From Candidatus Altimarinota bacterium (GTDB taxonomy: Bacteria > Patescibacteriota > Gracilibacteria > BD1-5 > UBA2023), in contig JANMHM010000012.1 of the NCBI GenBank assembly GCA_031375155.1, forward strand, positions 2,343-66,342: a stretch of 64,000 bases of DNA. Direction: 5' to 3'. Under the pieces are notes generated by a model that worked only from the letters and a program-made list of their open reading frames with translations, did not search any database and was not told where the DNA came from. A program made the position numbers and the translations under genes. Below are positions 41,096 to 53,000 of this stretch, in pieces (within the stretch, counting starts at the first letter, position 1; each line of letters begins with the position of its first letter).

Positions 41096-42718
41096 ATGCT
41101 TACCGATCCACTTATATTTCTCGATACAATCCTCTGAAAGCCAGAAAATGAGCTTGTGGAATTTAAGCTTGCTGAGAGATGATTTAGTGAGAGAAAACTC
41201 TGGGATTACTTCTCTGCACTCTCAAATGAAGCAAATCTTCATAACAAAGAATCAGCATATTTCATACTCGGCATAGATCAGAAATCTCATCTCCCTGTTG
41301 ATACTACAGCATGGTCGGGAAAGAATGCTCTCAGAGATCTAAAAAATCAAACGCATAAAGATCTCGGCATAGGATTTAGAGAAATTTATGAGCTTAGAAA
41401 AGATAAAAAAAGGATTCTGATATTCGAAATTCCCGCTTGCCCACACTGAAATCCGGTGGCATCGAATGGATTCTATTATGCACGAGCCTGAGAGAGTCTT
41501 GTTGCATTAGACCTGAGAAAACTCGATGAAATACGAGGACAGAAAAATACTGATTGGTCAGCACTTCCATGCGTATGAAGTAGTGTCGATGATTTAGATG
41601 AAGAGGCGATTAGATTTATCAGGTGATTACTTTCCAGAGAGTATTTTGATGCCACATGGACTACAGATTCTATAGAAAAAATATTGAATCGCTTATCCCT
41701 TATGAGTAAGGAATGAGTACTCAATAATACTGCAGTTTTATTTTTATGAAAACATGAAAGCGCTATCAAATACTTACATACAGATATTTGTAAGATTACA
41801 TGGAGATATCAGGATATCAAAAATAATATTGAAGAGCGACTACATGGTCCATTATATCCCCCATTTATACTGGCGATACCAATCATTATCCAATCTATAA
41901 ATCGGTTTAATGTTACTATTGGCGACTTATCCTTGTTTCGCGAAGATATTCGCCAGTATGATGAAAAATGAATAGAGGAAATGGTGGTCAATTCATTAGC
42001 ACATAGAGACTGGGAAATACCTATGTGGAATGAAATTATACAAACGCCAGATCAATTAGAAATTAGAAATCCCGGAAAATTCCGAGCTCAACTTGATAGT
42101 GTGCTGCTCAAAAACTATGTAAGAGAATATGCATATCCCAACTTATGTGAATTTCTTACAAAAATAAAACTTATGGAGCGTGAGCGTCGAGGATTAGAAA
42201 AAGTATATAATGCTCAATTGAGAAAATGACTTCCAATTGGTAATGATTTCCTTCCGGAAAGGACGACTTTTATATTATCATGAAAAATAAAAAATATTGA
42301 TTTTGCAAAAGCCCTTCTGAATAGCACAGATATATCTTTAGAACAAATTATTATATTAGATAAGCTGATAATTTGACCAGCTGAATTAACGGATATCGAA
42401 TCGAGCAAGGTACATCTCTATGTAGAACAACAAAAACGAACAAACAGATATATTATTCGACGATCCTTTTTACAGGGCAATAATATGCTCGATGAACATT
42501 TCCTTGATTGATATTCATCTTTAAAAACCAAAGAACAAGTATTTCTAGATTTTGCTAAGAAAAATCAAGGAAAAATAACTCCACGAAATGGGTATATCAT
42601 CTTTCCGAATGATCCAAAATCTTCAGTAAGAGTTATTATTATGAATATGGAAAAAAATTGAGTTCTTGAAAAAATCAAAAGATGAGAATATCGAATAGTT
42701 AAAAAGAAAAAAGATTAA
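41096..42718 (+). CDS. AlbA_2 (Schlafen-like) / HATPase_c_4 / wHTH putative regulator (COG2865-like), 540 aa
   Basis: One frame through many TGA. N-terminus ...ENELVEFKLAE... and ...ESAYFILGIDQ... are AlbA_2-like. The middle ...VNSLAHRDWEIP...IRNPG is HATPase_c_4-like. Confidence 0.55.
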
Positions 42719-42816
42719 CAATTTATAACAATAAAAGTTTGGTTTCTTGAAAAAAAGCATTTCTCTTGGCTCTAATAAGAGAAAAAAGACTAACAATTTA
42801 TAACAATTTATTTACC

Positions 42817-43581
42817 ATGACACGCACATCACTCCGCTACGATCGTAGAGAGTTTGAAGAAAAGGTAGGAATCCTCCTCTCTTCTCTCCAGATTCTCCCG
42901 AAAAATCCTGCTCTCTACACACTTGCCTGTATCCACAGAAGCGTCCTCAATGAGGCGCATATCGGCTATAGCGAATCTAACGAGCGTCTCGAATACCTCG
43001 GTGATGCTGTCCTCGAGCTCATCGTGACAGAAGAGCTCTATCATGACTTCCCGAAAAAATCAGAAGGAGAGCTCACTGATATCCGCTCTGCTCTCGTGCG
43101 AGGACGAAACCTCGCAGAAATATCGAAAAAACTCGGATTTGCTCATGCGATCCAGCTCTCTCGAGGTGAGTCCATAGCGAGCGGCCATGATAATCCGTAT
43201 ATCCTCGCGAATACCCTCGAAGCGATCGTCGGTGCACTGTATCTCGATCAGGGATTCACGGTCACTCAGGCATTTATCCGTACGCATATCTACTCCACCC
43301 TCCCGACGATACTCGATCAGGGACTCTATGTGGATCCGAAGTCATACCTCCAGGAGTATACTCAGGCAGTCTGGGGCATCACGCCCACCTATACGGTCGT
43401 CAGTGAGGAGTGAGCCGATCACAATAAGATATATATCATCATCGCCTCTCTCGGAGATCATCTCCTCGGTGAAGGGAAAGGATCGAGTAAGAAAAAATGA
43501 GAGCAAGATGCGGCAGAAAATGCGATCTCGAGGAAGAAAGAGTGGGAAGGGGAAGTGGGACTGCCGAAGAAGATATTGTAG
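42817..43581 (+). CDS. rnc: Ribonuclease III
   Basis: NERLEYLGDAVLEL signature. Continues through 2 TGA into a dsRBD (GADHNKIY...GKGSSKKNGEQDAAENAI). TAG at 43579. Confidence 0.9.
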
Positions 43582-43585
43582 GTAT

Positions 43586-44224
43586 TTATATTTTTACAGT
43601 GCCTTCTAGATTCTCATAAGAACCATGAATAATCTTAACTCTTTCCAAAAGTTCATTTAAAGCCGAAGGTTTCTCTTCTCAGTGGAAATATCGAGCTGCA
43701 GGACATCCGACTCTTGGTGAAATCTGCGTTCCAGGGGTTCTGATATTTATAGCATCAGGTTTATTTCTTTCTAAAAACTCAATAGCACGAAATACCTCTA
43801 AAGGAAGCATAGCAAGCATACGAGTGATTTTTTTCCCTCAATTTTCTCCAACAGTCATCCTAGCAATCCGTACACCAGTTTTCCATCCTGCTCGCATACG
43901 TTGAGGTACATCAGCTATGAGAAATTGTTTAGTTTCTTCAGAAGCCTTCATATTGTCCAGTGTCCATGTGCGGTCAATAACTCAATATCCCCAATTGATG
44001 AGATCGTTATAGACAAGATCTTGGGTTCCCTATTCTCATCCTTGATATTTTTTTGCGTAAACTGTATCCCATTGACTCCAAACCTCAGGCGTAAAGATTT
44101 GTTTCAGAAAATCAGAGATTTCTATGTATGCTTTATATTTTTCCCCATCGCTTTTGAGAGGCCAATGTCTCAATAGCTCGGATAAATCTCTTGGCAGTTC
44201 ATGATGAAATGTGGCGCTAAGCAT
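43586..44224 (-). pseudogene. Hypothetical gene interrupted by an in-frame TAG (44030-44032)
   Basis: One minus frame from ATG 44222-44224 to TAA at 43586 is open except for a single TAG. Both halves look protein-like. Confidence 0.4.
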
Positions 44225-44312
44225 AATATTTATTATGATCAATAATTATATTTGTCAATCTTATTTCCCACTTTCCTTCCACTTTTCTCTGGAGTTATGC
44301 TATACTCCCTCT

Positions 44313-45233
44313 ATGATCCACCTCGAACCAAAAGACTATCCTCTCGATTTCTACTACCATCGTACTGCCTCAGCGACCTATAGAGAGTATCTCCATAGCT
44401 GTAAGCTCACGACATTCGATATCGACCACCCACCACAGTTTGCCTGGAAAAAACGTCTTTTCGGTGATGCATTTGGTATTATCAAGTATGAGCGTATCGA
44501 CGTCGAGCCGGATATCGAGTATCTAAAAAAAGTGACAGGACTCCGTCATGCCTTCGTCGTGTGGATACCGTACTCTCGTGTGGATATCAGTCGACCATGG
44601 AGATGACTTTGGCTGACGGATCACTTCGAAGAGACAGGATATGCGAAACTAGATTCTAGAGCACAGATTAGAGATTCTAGAATGGAACCACAGAGCATGG
44701 ATTGCCACGTGCCTCGCAATGACGGTACCAAAGAATCGTACCTCTCTTCTTGGAATGATCGGGCGAAACGTGCTCGTAAAAAATTCCTCGCATCAGGCTC
44801 GAGGATCGAGAGTGTGAAACCAGAGGTATTTGTCGAGGCATTTCGAACGACGAAAGTGAAACACTGGTACAAGAGTGCGTATATCAGCTACTATAAGCGC
44901 ATGGTTGCCATAGATGCGACGAAGATCCGTCAGTGGATCGCCTATGATAATACTGGAAAGGTGAGTGGAGGACTCGCGGTACATGATTTCGTAGAGGATC
45001 ACTCCGTTCACCTTGTTGCTTTTACCGACCAGAAAAGCTATCACTCTCAGCCAGGCACTGGACTCATAGATGAGTGGTTTCGGGAGTCGTATGAGCGTGG
45101 CTATAAATACCTCTCTTTCGATCAGTTACGAAATAAAAATGGTCCCAAAGATCAGAAGGGATACAGTGAATTTAAAGAAAGTTTTCTCACGGCACGACTC
45201 TCATTTCCGAAGGCATATTTCCGGTTTTTCTAA
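44313..45233 (+). CDS. FemAB-like / GNAT-fold acyl(aminoacyl)transferase, tentative
   Basis: ATG 44313. ORFs 44211-44606 and 44682-45233 are in the same frame joined by TGA. The C-terminal ...LVAFTDQKSYHSQPGTGLIDEWF... is GNAT/Fem-like. It lies next to the PBP gene. Confidence 0.45.
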
Positions 45234-45279
45234 GAGAAATATTTAGTGCTTTTTTCATCCTGTAAAGATCCTTATCAAA

Positions 45280-45365
45280 TTCACCTTATAAGAAATATAT
45301 GATTTCTTCCTTATAAGTATAAGTAAAAGAGATTCCTCCGCTTCGCTACGGAATGACAAAAAATC
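45280..45365. repeat. Relative of the 21419-21567 element
   Basis: Shares CTTATAAGAAATATAT and the terminus CTACGGAATGACAAAAAA with the ahpC-UTR element. Confidence 0.5.
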
Positions 45366-45368
45366 ACC

Positions 45369-47705
45369 TTAGGTTCCGTTATTTTTCGGGACTTTATAGT
45401 ATTCGAGGAGATACTGTGCGATCTCAGCGAAGAGTGCTGAAGATGTCGTCTCAGAGTATATATCTGACCGAGGACGATTGATCGAGACGATAAGGACAAA
45501 CTTGGGATTATTGGCTGGCGCATATCCCCCATATGAGGTGATCGTGTGACCGAGATCACTTCCGAGGATGCGGTTCTCGTATCATCCCTTCATAGGTATT
45601 TGCGATGTTCCTGTCTTTCCAGCGATCGTGTAGCCTGCGACTCATCATTTTTTCGCAAAACCATTTCGTACGCTATCGATGAGCATCGCAGTGACTTCTT
45701 TTGAGGTTTCTTCTTTTATCACTCTTCGAATCGGGGTCGGGATGGTATCGATTTTTTTGCCATCTGGATAGATGAGTGACTCGACGATATAGGGCTCCAT
45801 ATACACGCCGCCATTCGCGATCACAGAGTAGGCTGCAGCCATCTGGAGCATAGTGATATTGATCCCTTGGCCGAACGACATCGTGAAAAACTGTGTCCGA
45901 GACCATTTCTCATATGGGCTGATCTTTGCATAGTGCTCACCATCGAGAGTGATATTGCTCTTCGTCCCGAGACCGAAATCAGAGAGATATTTACTAAAGA
46001 GGGAAGGACCTATTTTTTGGATAATATCGATCATACCGACATTACATGACCAGTCGAGAGCATGGATATACGTATGCCTTCCTGAACATGTTGAAGATAC
46101 ATTTGATATTCTCCCCTTTTGTCATCAGCCATAGTCGAGCTCGACATATCACTTATCGTAGTAGGTATCATTGGGAGATATTTCTCCTGTATCTATACCT
46201 ATAGCGACAGTAAGTGCCTTAAATACTGATCCAGGTTCGTAGAGTGCCGTGATGATATCGTTGGTATAGACTCAGGCACCATATTTATTTTTGTACTTAT
46301 ACTTCGGTATTGCGAATGTCGCGATCTCATCATCACTCGCCTCTCGAAGCTTCAGTCGCTGTCCATCGATATTCGAGAAGAGTGTCCCGCTCTGCGTATC
46401 GATGACAAAAAGCGGGATACCAAAAAGCTCAAAACTGGGATTTCCATATGTAGCATAGTTTACCTTTTCCATATCATAGACATCGGTAAAGCTATTGGGA
46501 TCAAAATCTGGATAATTGACCATAGAAATGATCGCTCCTGTTTTTGGATCCATGACTATCACACTTCATTTATTTCCTCGAAATTTTTCTACAGCTCGCG
46601 CGAGGCGAGTCGATATTTCCTTTTGGATATTTCGATCTATTGTCAGCGCGACATCTACTCCACTTTTGAGCGAGACGAGCTCTTTCGATACGTATCATCC
46701 TATCGGTCTCCCGGCACTATCTTTGGTCACTCTTTGTGTCGGACTTTCTGCCTGGAGTGTATCCTGGAAGTAGCCCTCTATCCCATACTTTCCATCACCT
46801 ATACCATCGACAAATCCAGTGATCTGTCCTGTTACTTGGCGTTCTGGGTAGAATCGTACGAGGTTATCCTCGATTTTTATATAGGGAACAATAGAATTTT
46901 CCATCTGAAGCTGACCTCCTTTGATAGCGGTTCTTTCAGAGGTAAGCCTTTTTATCACCGCGTCACGCGTACTCACGCTCATTTTTCGGATGATTTCTAG
47001 GTGTTGCTTTTTTCGTATTTCGAGTTTCGGACTCACTGTCTTTATATCTACACCGAGTACGTCTGAGAGCTTCAGTGCGAGAGCAGGTCTATCTATTATT
47101 TTTGTAGGATTTACATAGAGATTATTCACGACAAAAAAGAGTGACTCGTCTTGCCATGCTATGATCCGCTCGATCTTATCTTCACTCAGGTTTTGGGAGA
47201 TTTCGACACTCTCTATAGGTGATTCTATCTTTCCAGTGAGATAGATTTTGATCCTATTTTTGAGCTCAGTGACGGTGATATCTTTCTCACTCGTGAGATC
47301 AGTACGGAGATAGGTACTCATATTTTCCAGACAAGGAGTCGTCGAATAGGTACAAAACTCTTCGAAAACGATATCAGAGAGAAATATAAGGAGCTTATCT
47401 CGGGATCACGTCTGTGATGGATCGATCGCGAGATTTCCGAGGTTGGTCGATACAGCGAGGGCTCACTTTAGCGATGCTTCTGATGAGTAGATCGTCCCTC
47501 GTGAGACAGGATTTCTCAGTATCATCGTCTGCTGATCGTAGGCGATCTTCTGATAAAAATCTCCATGGATCATCGTATAGTTAAATGTCGTAACCAAGAG
47601 AAAGAAAGCATAGAGAATTCCTATATACCAGGCCATCCCGATACGATCTAGCCGTTTGAAGTGATTATAGATGAGAGTGAGAATGTGTTCGAGTGAGATT
47701 TTCAT
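45369..47705 (-). CDS. Class B penicillin-binding protein (PBP2/FtsI-type transpeptidase), 778 aa
   Basis: Four ORF-track fragments lie in one frame. N-terminal TM, then SVFK (SxxK) and KTGT motifs. TAA at 45369. Confidence 0.85.
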
Positions 47706-47719
47706 GAGAAGTTGGACTC

Positions 47720-48673
47720 TTATTTTCGGATCGGCGTGATACTAAAATCACGAAAATTCGCAAGAAGAGAAAGTGTCGGTGAAGACGAGATGACGGTGAT
47801 ATCGAAATGATGAGAATCTGCTATATATCTGAGAATATCGAGATTTTTGATCCGTGTCGGGTACTGGTAGTATTCCATACCAAAGGCATCTTCTATATAT
47901 ATGATTTTTTTGTATCCTGAGAGATTATAGTAAAGAAGTCGTCGAGTTCAAACTATAATTCTGTATTTCCCCTCATAGATATCGATCCATGACTGAGATC
48001 TGCGAGTTGGAGTAGCCTCAGCATAGAGGATGATGGAAGAGAGAGATGGATTTTCTTTCTTTTTCTTTTCGATATTCTTCTCGATAGCACTTTCGAAGGA
48101 AGAGAGAAATATATCATCAGGGAAGATGATCACTGTACCTTCCTCGAGAAATTCTCCTATATCAGATGGACTCATGATCGTATCGACGAAATTGAGTATT
48201 TCTTGTTTTGGATTTTGCTGTCGTTCTTTCTTGATTATACATCACTCTAGGAGGTAGTTCCTCTTATCGAGACGAGACTGAAGAGGCACTGAGAAAAATA
48301 GTGAAAGTGCCTTATGGATCGGGAGAGCGTAGCGCTCTGCGATCGTGACTATCATAGTGAGTACGTAGGGTGCGAGTACGCTCACCCCAGAGATGACTGC
48401 GATGATCGGACGTATCGAGTCGAGTGGGATATCGGAAGGAGGAGTCTCTTCGATCGAAGCTATGATTCACTTCTCTGTATACACGCCGATAGCGATCTCG
48501 ACGATACCTCAGGGTACCACTTGCTCTTCCCAGATCGGAGCAACGAAGTAGGTGTATGGACGCGGATGGAGTGATCGTGCGAGAGGGATGACAGAGATAT
48601 ACATGAGGATAAGTATACAGAAATAGATATGAATACGAAACAAAAATAGAGTAGGGTATCGGTCACAACACAT
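47720..48673 (-). CDS. Hypothetical membrane protein (317 aa)
   Basis: The minus frame from ATG 48671-48673 runs through 5 TGA (48545, 48503, 48245, 48203, 47948) into ORF 47948-48175 and on to TAA at 47720. Two hydrophobic segments. Confidence 0.5.
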
Positions 48674-48783
48674 ATAATATAATAATCAATACCTTTTCTC
48701 GAAAATCTTTGTGAGGAATTGATTTATCTTCGCTGATAAGATATACTTTTCCTAGTATCATTTTTATTATTCATATATCTCCC

Positions 48784-50436
48784 ATGAAACTCTCTCTCAA
48801 AAAACGAATGTGGATCCGATATGGGATCATCAGTATACTCTCAGCAATGGTAGGGTGTGGTGTATCGTACATCTTCGCGAGTATGTCAGTATCTGAAAGT
48901 ATCACTGCTATCAATAAGATCATCTCTGATAATGCTCCGACTACCGAGCCTGATAGAGCAAACTACTTCCGAGAGGTCGCTGATGGACTCGACTCAGCTG
49001 CAGCAACTCTGAAAGCTGCAGCAGTAGAAACACGGAAGTCTAGTAGTATAGTAATAGTTTCACCCCCGACCAGTGTAAGCTGACCTTGAGAATTTAGTAC
49101 CCTGTCTACCTCGATGTGAGGTGGACTAAAGAGCGCTCCTACAACATACAGTATTGAGATGAGTACGACATCCATGAGTGTAGCAACTATTACGTTTTCT
49201 GAAAATATAGTAACAAGTGAGATTTCTATAAATGGCAATAAATTTACGGTCATGGCGCCATCTGGTCAAAATGAAAAGGGTATCGGTGGAGATATAAAGA
49301 ATCAGCAGATCATAGGACTCTATACGAACCAACTTATGGTTGGACGTCTTGATATACGCACTGTACCTGTGAGTAATAGGGATGCCTATATGACTCTCTA
49401 CTGTCCTCCGACAAATCGTACTTGAATCTCCACAGTGAGTACGGGAGTATCTGGAAACAAGTATACGTATGCTATCGCTATACTAGGATGTCCAGGTGCT
49501 ACGACATCTAATCCACCACTAGTCACTCCTCCTCCCGTTCCTACTGTAGGTGGTACTCCTACCACCAGAGCAGATGGTACGCTTATCCCTACGATCACGA
49601 TCAATGGAAGGACGATCTATCCTGGACTCGGTATCTGGCAAGAGTCTTTCGCAGAGCCGATTATCAGAACGAAGAATGGTAGCAGTATCGTATTCGCAGA
49701 AGAGTATCATTATGCTGAGGCAGCAAAATGTCAGAGTACTGAAGTATCGTGAAATGACTGTGATGCAAAGCTGAATACGCTCTGTTTCTATAACTCAGGA
49801 ATATTTCGTACTCGGACATATCAAGATTATACAGGGAAGATGGTAACTGTTTCGGAAGATGAGAAAGTGAGAAAGTGTGTCAGCTATCCTGTCCTTATAG
49901 GAAAGCTCATCCAAGCAGAAACGAGTGGTGATGTCGGAGATCCATTCACGCCCTATACGTATAAGCCTGTCGTATGAGCAAGACTCGATGTGAATGCTCG
50001 AGGAATCCTCGGAACTTGGTGTGATAAAAAAAACTTTGGAAGCTCTACGCAGTATGGATATTTCGGAGTGACCTTTGCTCAGAGAAATACTCAGGGAATG
50101 ATGCCAGATGGAGTTCTCTGAAATCTTGTAAAAGATCCCTGTGCTGGAACATCAGGCTATCCTGTCATGGCATTCTTCAATATCACAGCTACATCTGGAA
50201 GTGAGTCGGTCACAGTATGATATACTGATAAGGCAAATGATCAGTATGCGAATGCGACGTACCATGAGAAGACCTATCTCTTCAAAACAAAAATCACTGA
50301 TACTACGAAAGTGCTCTCTACCAGCCTCTACTGTGATAGTGCGAAGAATCAGGTATGGGATAAAATCACGATGAAAGATGGTTCTCTCAAATATAAATAT
50401 ACAGGATATAAATGCGGAGAAGTTTTCTATAACTAA
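48784..50436 (+). CDS. Membrane-anchored, Cys-containing extracellular protein (550 aa)
   Basis: N-terminal TM segment IRYGIISILSAMVGCGVSYIF. ORFs 48784, 49159 and 49435 are in one frame joined by TGA. TAA at 50434. Confidence 0.6.
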
Positions 50437-50456
50437 CTCTTAGTATTCTCTATAAT

Positions 50457-50485
50457 AAAAATCCCTCCGAATTGGAGGGATTTTT
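50457..50485. terminator. Bidirectional rho-independent terminator
   Basis: AAAAATCCCTCC-GAAT-TGGAGGGATTTTT. Confidence 0.7.
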
Positions 50486-50495
50486 AGAAATTTTT

Positions 50496-50960
50496 CTAGA
50501 GTCCGAGAGATTTCTTCAGATCTTCTGCTTTCTGTGCATCGGCATTAGCGACGACTTGAGCTTTCTGCTCTTCTATATAGATATCTTTGAGTTGTTCCCA
50601 TTCATTTTGCGCTTTCACGACAAGCCCCTTAATGATCTCTCCTTCTGTCGGCATGAGCTTACGGAACTCGATACGCTCGTCTTCGAATACCTTCACAAGC
50701 TCGTCAATCTGGAACTGAGAAAGTGTCGGGATAGCATCGATGACACGCTTCTTTTCGAAAGTGGAAAGAGAGAGCGAGTGTTCGAGGAGATTCACGAAGC
50801 TGGTCTCGTCGAATGTCGTGAGAGGGTGGACCAAAAACCTCTGAAAAATATCATCGTTCGCTGTCTTCGGTCGTGGGGGAGGAGGCGGAGGCATCGGAGG
50901 TCCTACTTGATCAGCTGGAGGAGTAGGAGGATTTGGCACTGGAGTAGTATCGTCTGACAT
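50496..50960 (-). CDS. Hypothetical protein with a Pro-rich N-terminus
   Basis: Intact 154-aa ORF ending in TAG. Confidence 0.55.
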   Translation of the reverse strand: MSDDTTPVPNPPTPPADQVGPPMPPPPPPRPKTANDDIFQRFLVHPLTTFDETSFVNLLEHSLSLSTFEKKRVIDAIPTLSQFQIDELVKVFEDERIEFRKLMPTEGEIIKGLVVKAQNEWEQLKDIYIEEQKAQVVANADAQKAEDLKKSLGL

Positions 50961-51019
50961 GAGTAGAGAAGTTAATTGTTCGTATTATATACTAGAGAAG
51001 AATATACGCAAATGATTTT

Positions 51020-51790
51020 CTATGTCCGAAACCGACTCGCTTCTACTTTTTCTCTGCACTTTTCCCAGAGAGCATCAGAGATATCTGCGTTGTTCCATAC
51101 AGATTCGACATCTTCATCTCACTCGAATTCTTCGAGCATTTTATAGATTTTGAGAGCATTCTCCTCATCGGTGACTTCGATATAGGCTTTCGGTATATAC
51201 TCAAAACTCCCTTTTGCTATAGCGTACCCAGCTTTTTCGAGTGATTTTCGTACCTCGGCGAACTTCGTCCTATCGGTCAGGATCTCTGCGTCACTTCACT
51301 CGATCGTATAGTCCTCTGCGGGAGTCTCCATGATCGCCATTTCGAGCTGTTCTGTATTCGAAGATTCAGAAACCATGATCACTCCGCGATACTCGAAAGC
51401 GAAGCTCGACACTGTCCCTGTCTCTCCGAGAGAGCCTCCGAATGCAGAGAAGATATGCCGCATACTCGGTGCGGTGCGGTTGCGATTATCTGAGAGGGCT
51501 CGGACGATCACACCGACTCCACCAGGAGCATATCCCTCATAGATAATCTCTTCGACTTTCGCAGATTCCTTATCCAGTCAGGCTCACCTGCGAATAGCAC
51601 GATCGATCACATCGATATTCACTCCTGCTTTTTTTGCGGTGGTGATGGCATCAGCGAGAGCATGATTTTGCCCTGGATCAGCCCCTCGTTCTGCGGCTAT
51701 GGCTATGATCTTCGAGTGGATGGCATAGATCTTCGATTTTTCTTTTGCACCGGCTTCTTTCTGAGCGGCGACAGTAGGTCAGCGTCACAT
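51020..51790 (-). CDS. yebC: YebC/PmpR-family transcriptional regulator
   Basis: ATG (reverse complement) at 51788-51790, followed by TGA, CGC, TGA (MGRG...). Motifs YEGYAPGGVGVIV and LSDNRNRTAPSMRHIF. TAG at 51020. Confidence 0.85.
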
Positions 51791-52107
51791 AAATTTGAGA
51801 ACTTAGGTTTTAGGATTGAGAACTTAGGATATGGAAAAATGGAGGGAAGGCAAGAGGAGAAAAGTAGAAAAAATGCAAAAAGTGAAAAAGTAGAAAAATA
51901 TGGGGTGGGGCATACTGGAAAATAAAAACTGCGATTCTTGTATACAAAAATTTCTAACAAATTTCTAACATTTCGGGTAGATTTTTCTAAAATACTTTGA
52001 CTCTACTCTCTCTCTCGATACTATTCGAAACGCTTCTGGAAATCTTTCTAGTGAGCCAGGAGAACATCCTGACTTCATCATACCAAAATATATAGGAATA
52101 GCTTCAA

Positions 52108-52954
52108 ATGAAAGCGTTTTTCACTAAAACTGTGACTGCGGCAGTCCTCGCAGGTATTTCTTCGGCATCCTTTGCTTTTGGCACTGGCAATATGCCAGCT
52201 GTTCCGAGCGGATGGACACTGAAGGAATCATATACGTCAGGTGCACTGAACAATATTCTCGTCTACCAAAAGACAGGCGAATCTACGTATATGCAGGTTG
52301 TGGACATCAAGAATGGGGGAAGACTTTCTTTCTTCAATCAGTCCAAGACGGGCGTAAGTCCTTTTCAATTCGGCATTGATACCATGAATAATTGGTGGAA
52401 CATGCTCCTTGACAAGAAAACCATGGTCAATGGACAGTTCTTTGCCTACGTGAATGCGTTCTACGTGCCACTAAACCCAACAACACTCTCATTTGGTGTC
52501 AAAGCCAATGGAAGTCTGTTGACGCCGGGAGCAGATAACTCTGCATATCCTGTAAGCTCAATGAGGCAAATCGAAATAACAAGCGGTGTTGGTGCAACTG
52601 TCCTCGCATGGAATCAGGCTCGCCTGAGTCCAGGGGGGTCTTCAGCCCAAAACATCATGGTTGGACTTCATCCATCACCTTCCGTTGTTACGAATAAGAG
52701 TCCTACTTCGAACATCGGTCGTATGCTGATCTGTACAAAGCCTCAAAGCGGTGCTGCATGGGTATATATCCTGTCCGCAGGAAGTCTCCAGCAACAAACG
52801 GCTCTCAACTATGGTGTCTCTTGGGGTTGTACTGAACCCTCAACTGTTGATGATGGATGGATCTGGTTCAGCTCAACTGAAGACGGTGAACTCAGGCACA
52901 CTGCTCGCAGGCGATCGCTCACTCCCGCAAGTGATTGCTGTCTACAACCAATAA
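52108..52954 (+). pseudogene. Secreted protein gene, GC-richer than its surroundings, apparently frameshifted near 52810-52830 (possible phosphodiester-glycosidase-like C-terminus)
   Basis: Signal peptide MKAFFTKTVTAAVLAGISSASFA. Frame 1 decays into ...WIWFSSTEDGELRHTARRRS. Frame 2 gives ...LLMMDGSGSAQLKTVNSGTLLAGDRSLPQVIAVYNQ and stops at 52952, just before the terminator. Confidence 0.45.
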
Positions 52955-52958
52955 ACTC

Positions 52959-52986
52959 AAGGGGGGACTAGTCCCCCCACTTTTTT
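52959..52986. terminator. GC-rich rho-independent terminator
   Basis: GGGGGGACTAGTCCCCCC followed by ACTTTTTT. Confidence 0.7.
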
Positions 52987-53000
52987 AATCAAATCAAATT

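Noticed and set aside
48460-48666. 68-aa minus-strand ORF (GTG start, TAG stop), and the 86-aa plus-strand ORF 48314-48574.
   Set aside because: A different minus frame is open from ATG 48671-48673 through 5 UGA codons into the downstream ORF (47720-48673). That gives a coherent 317-aa membrane protein, so the listed ORFs are out-of-frame or antisense overlaps.
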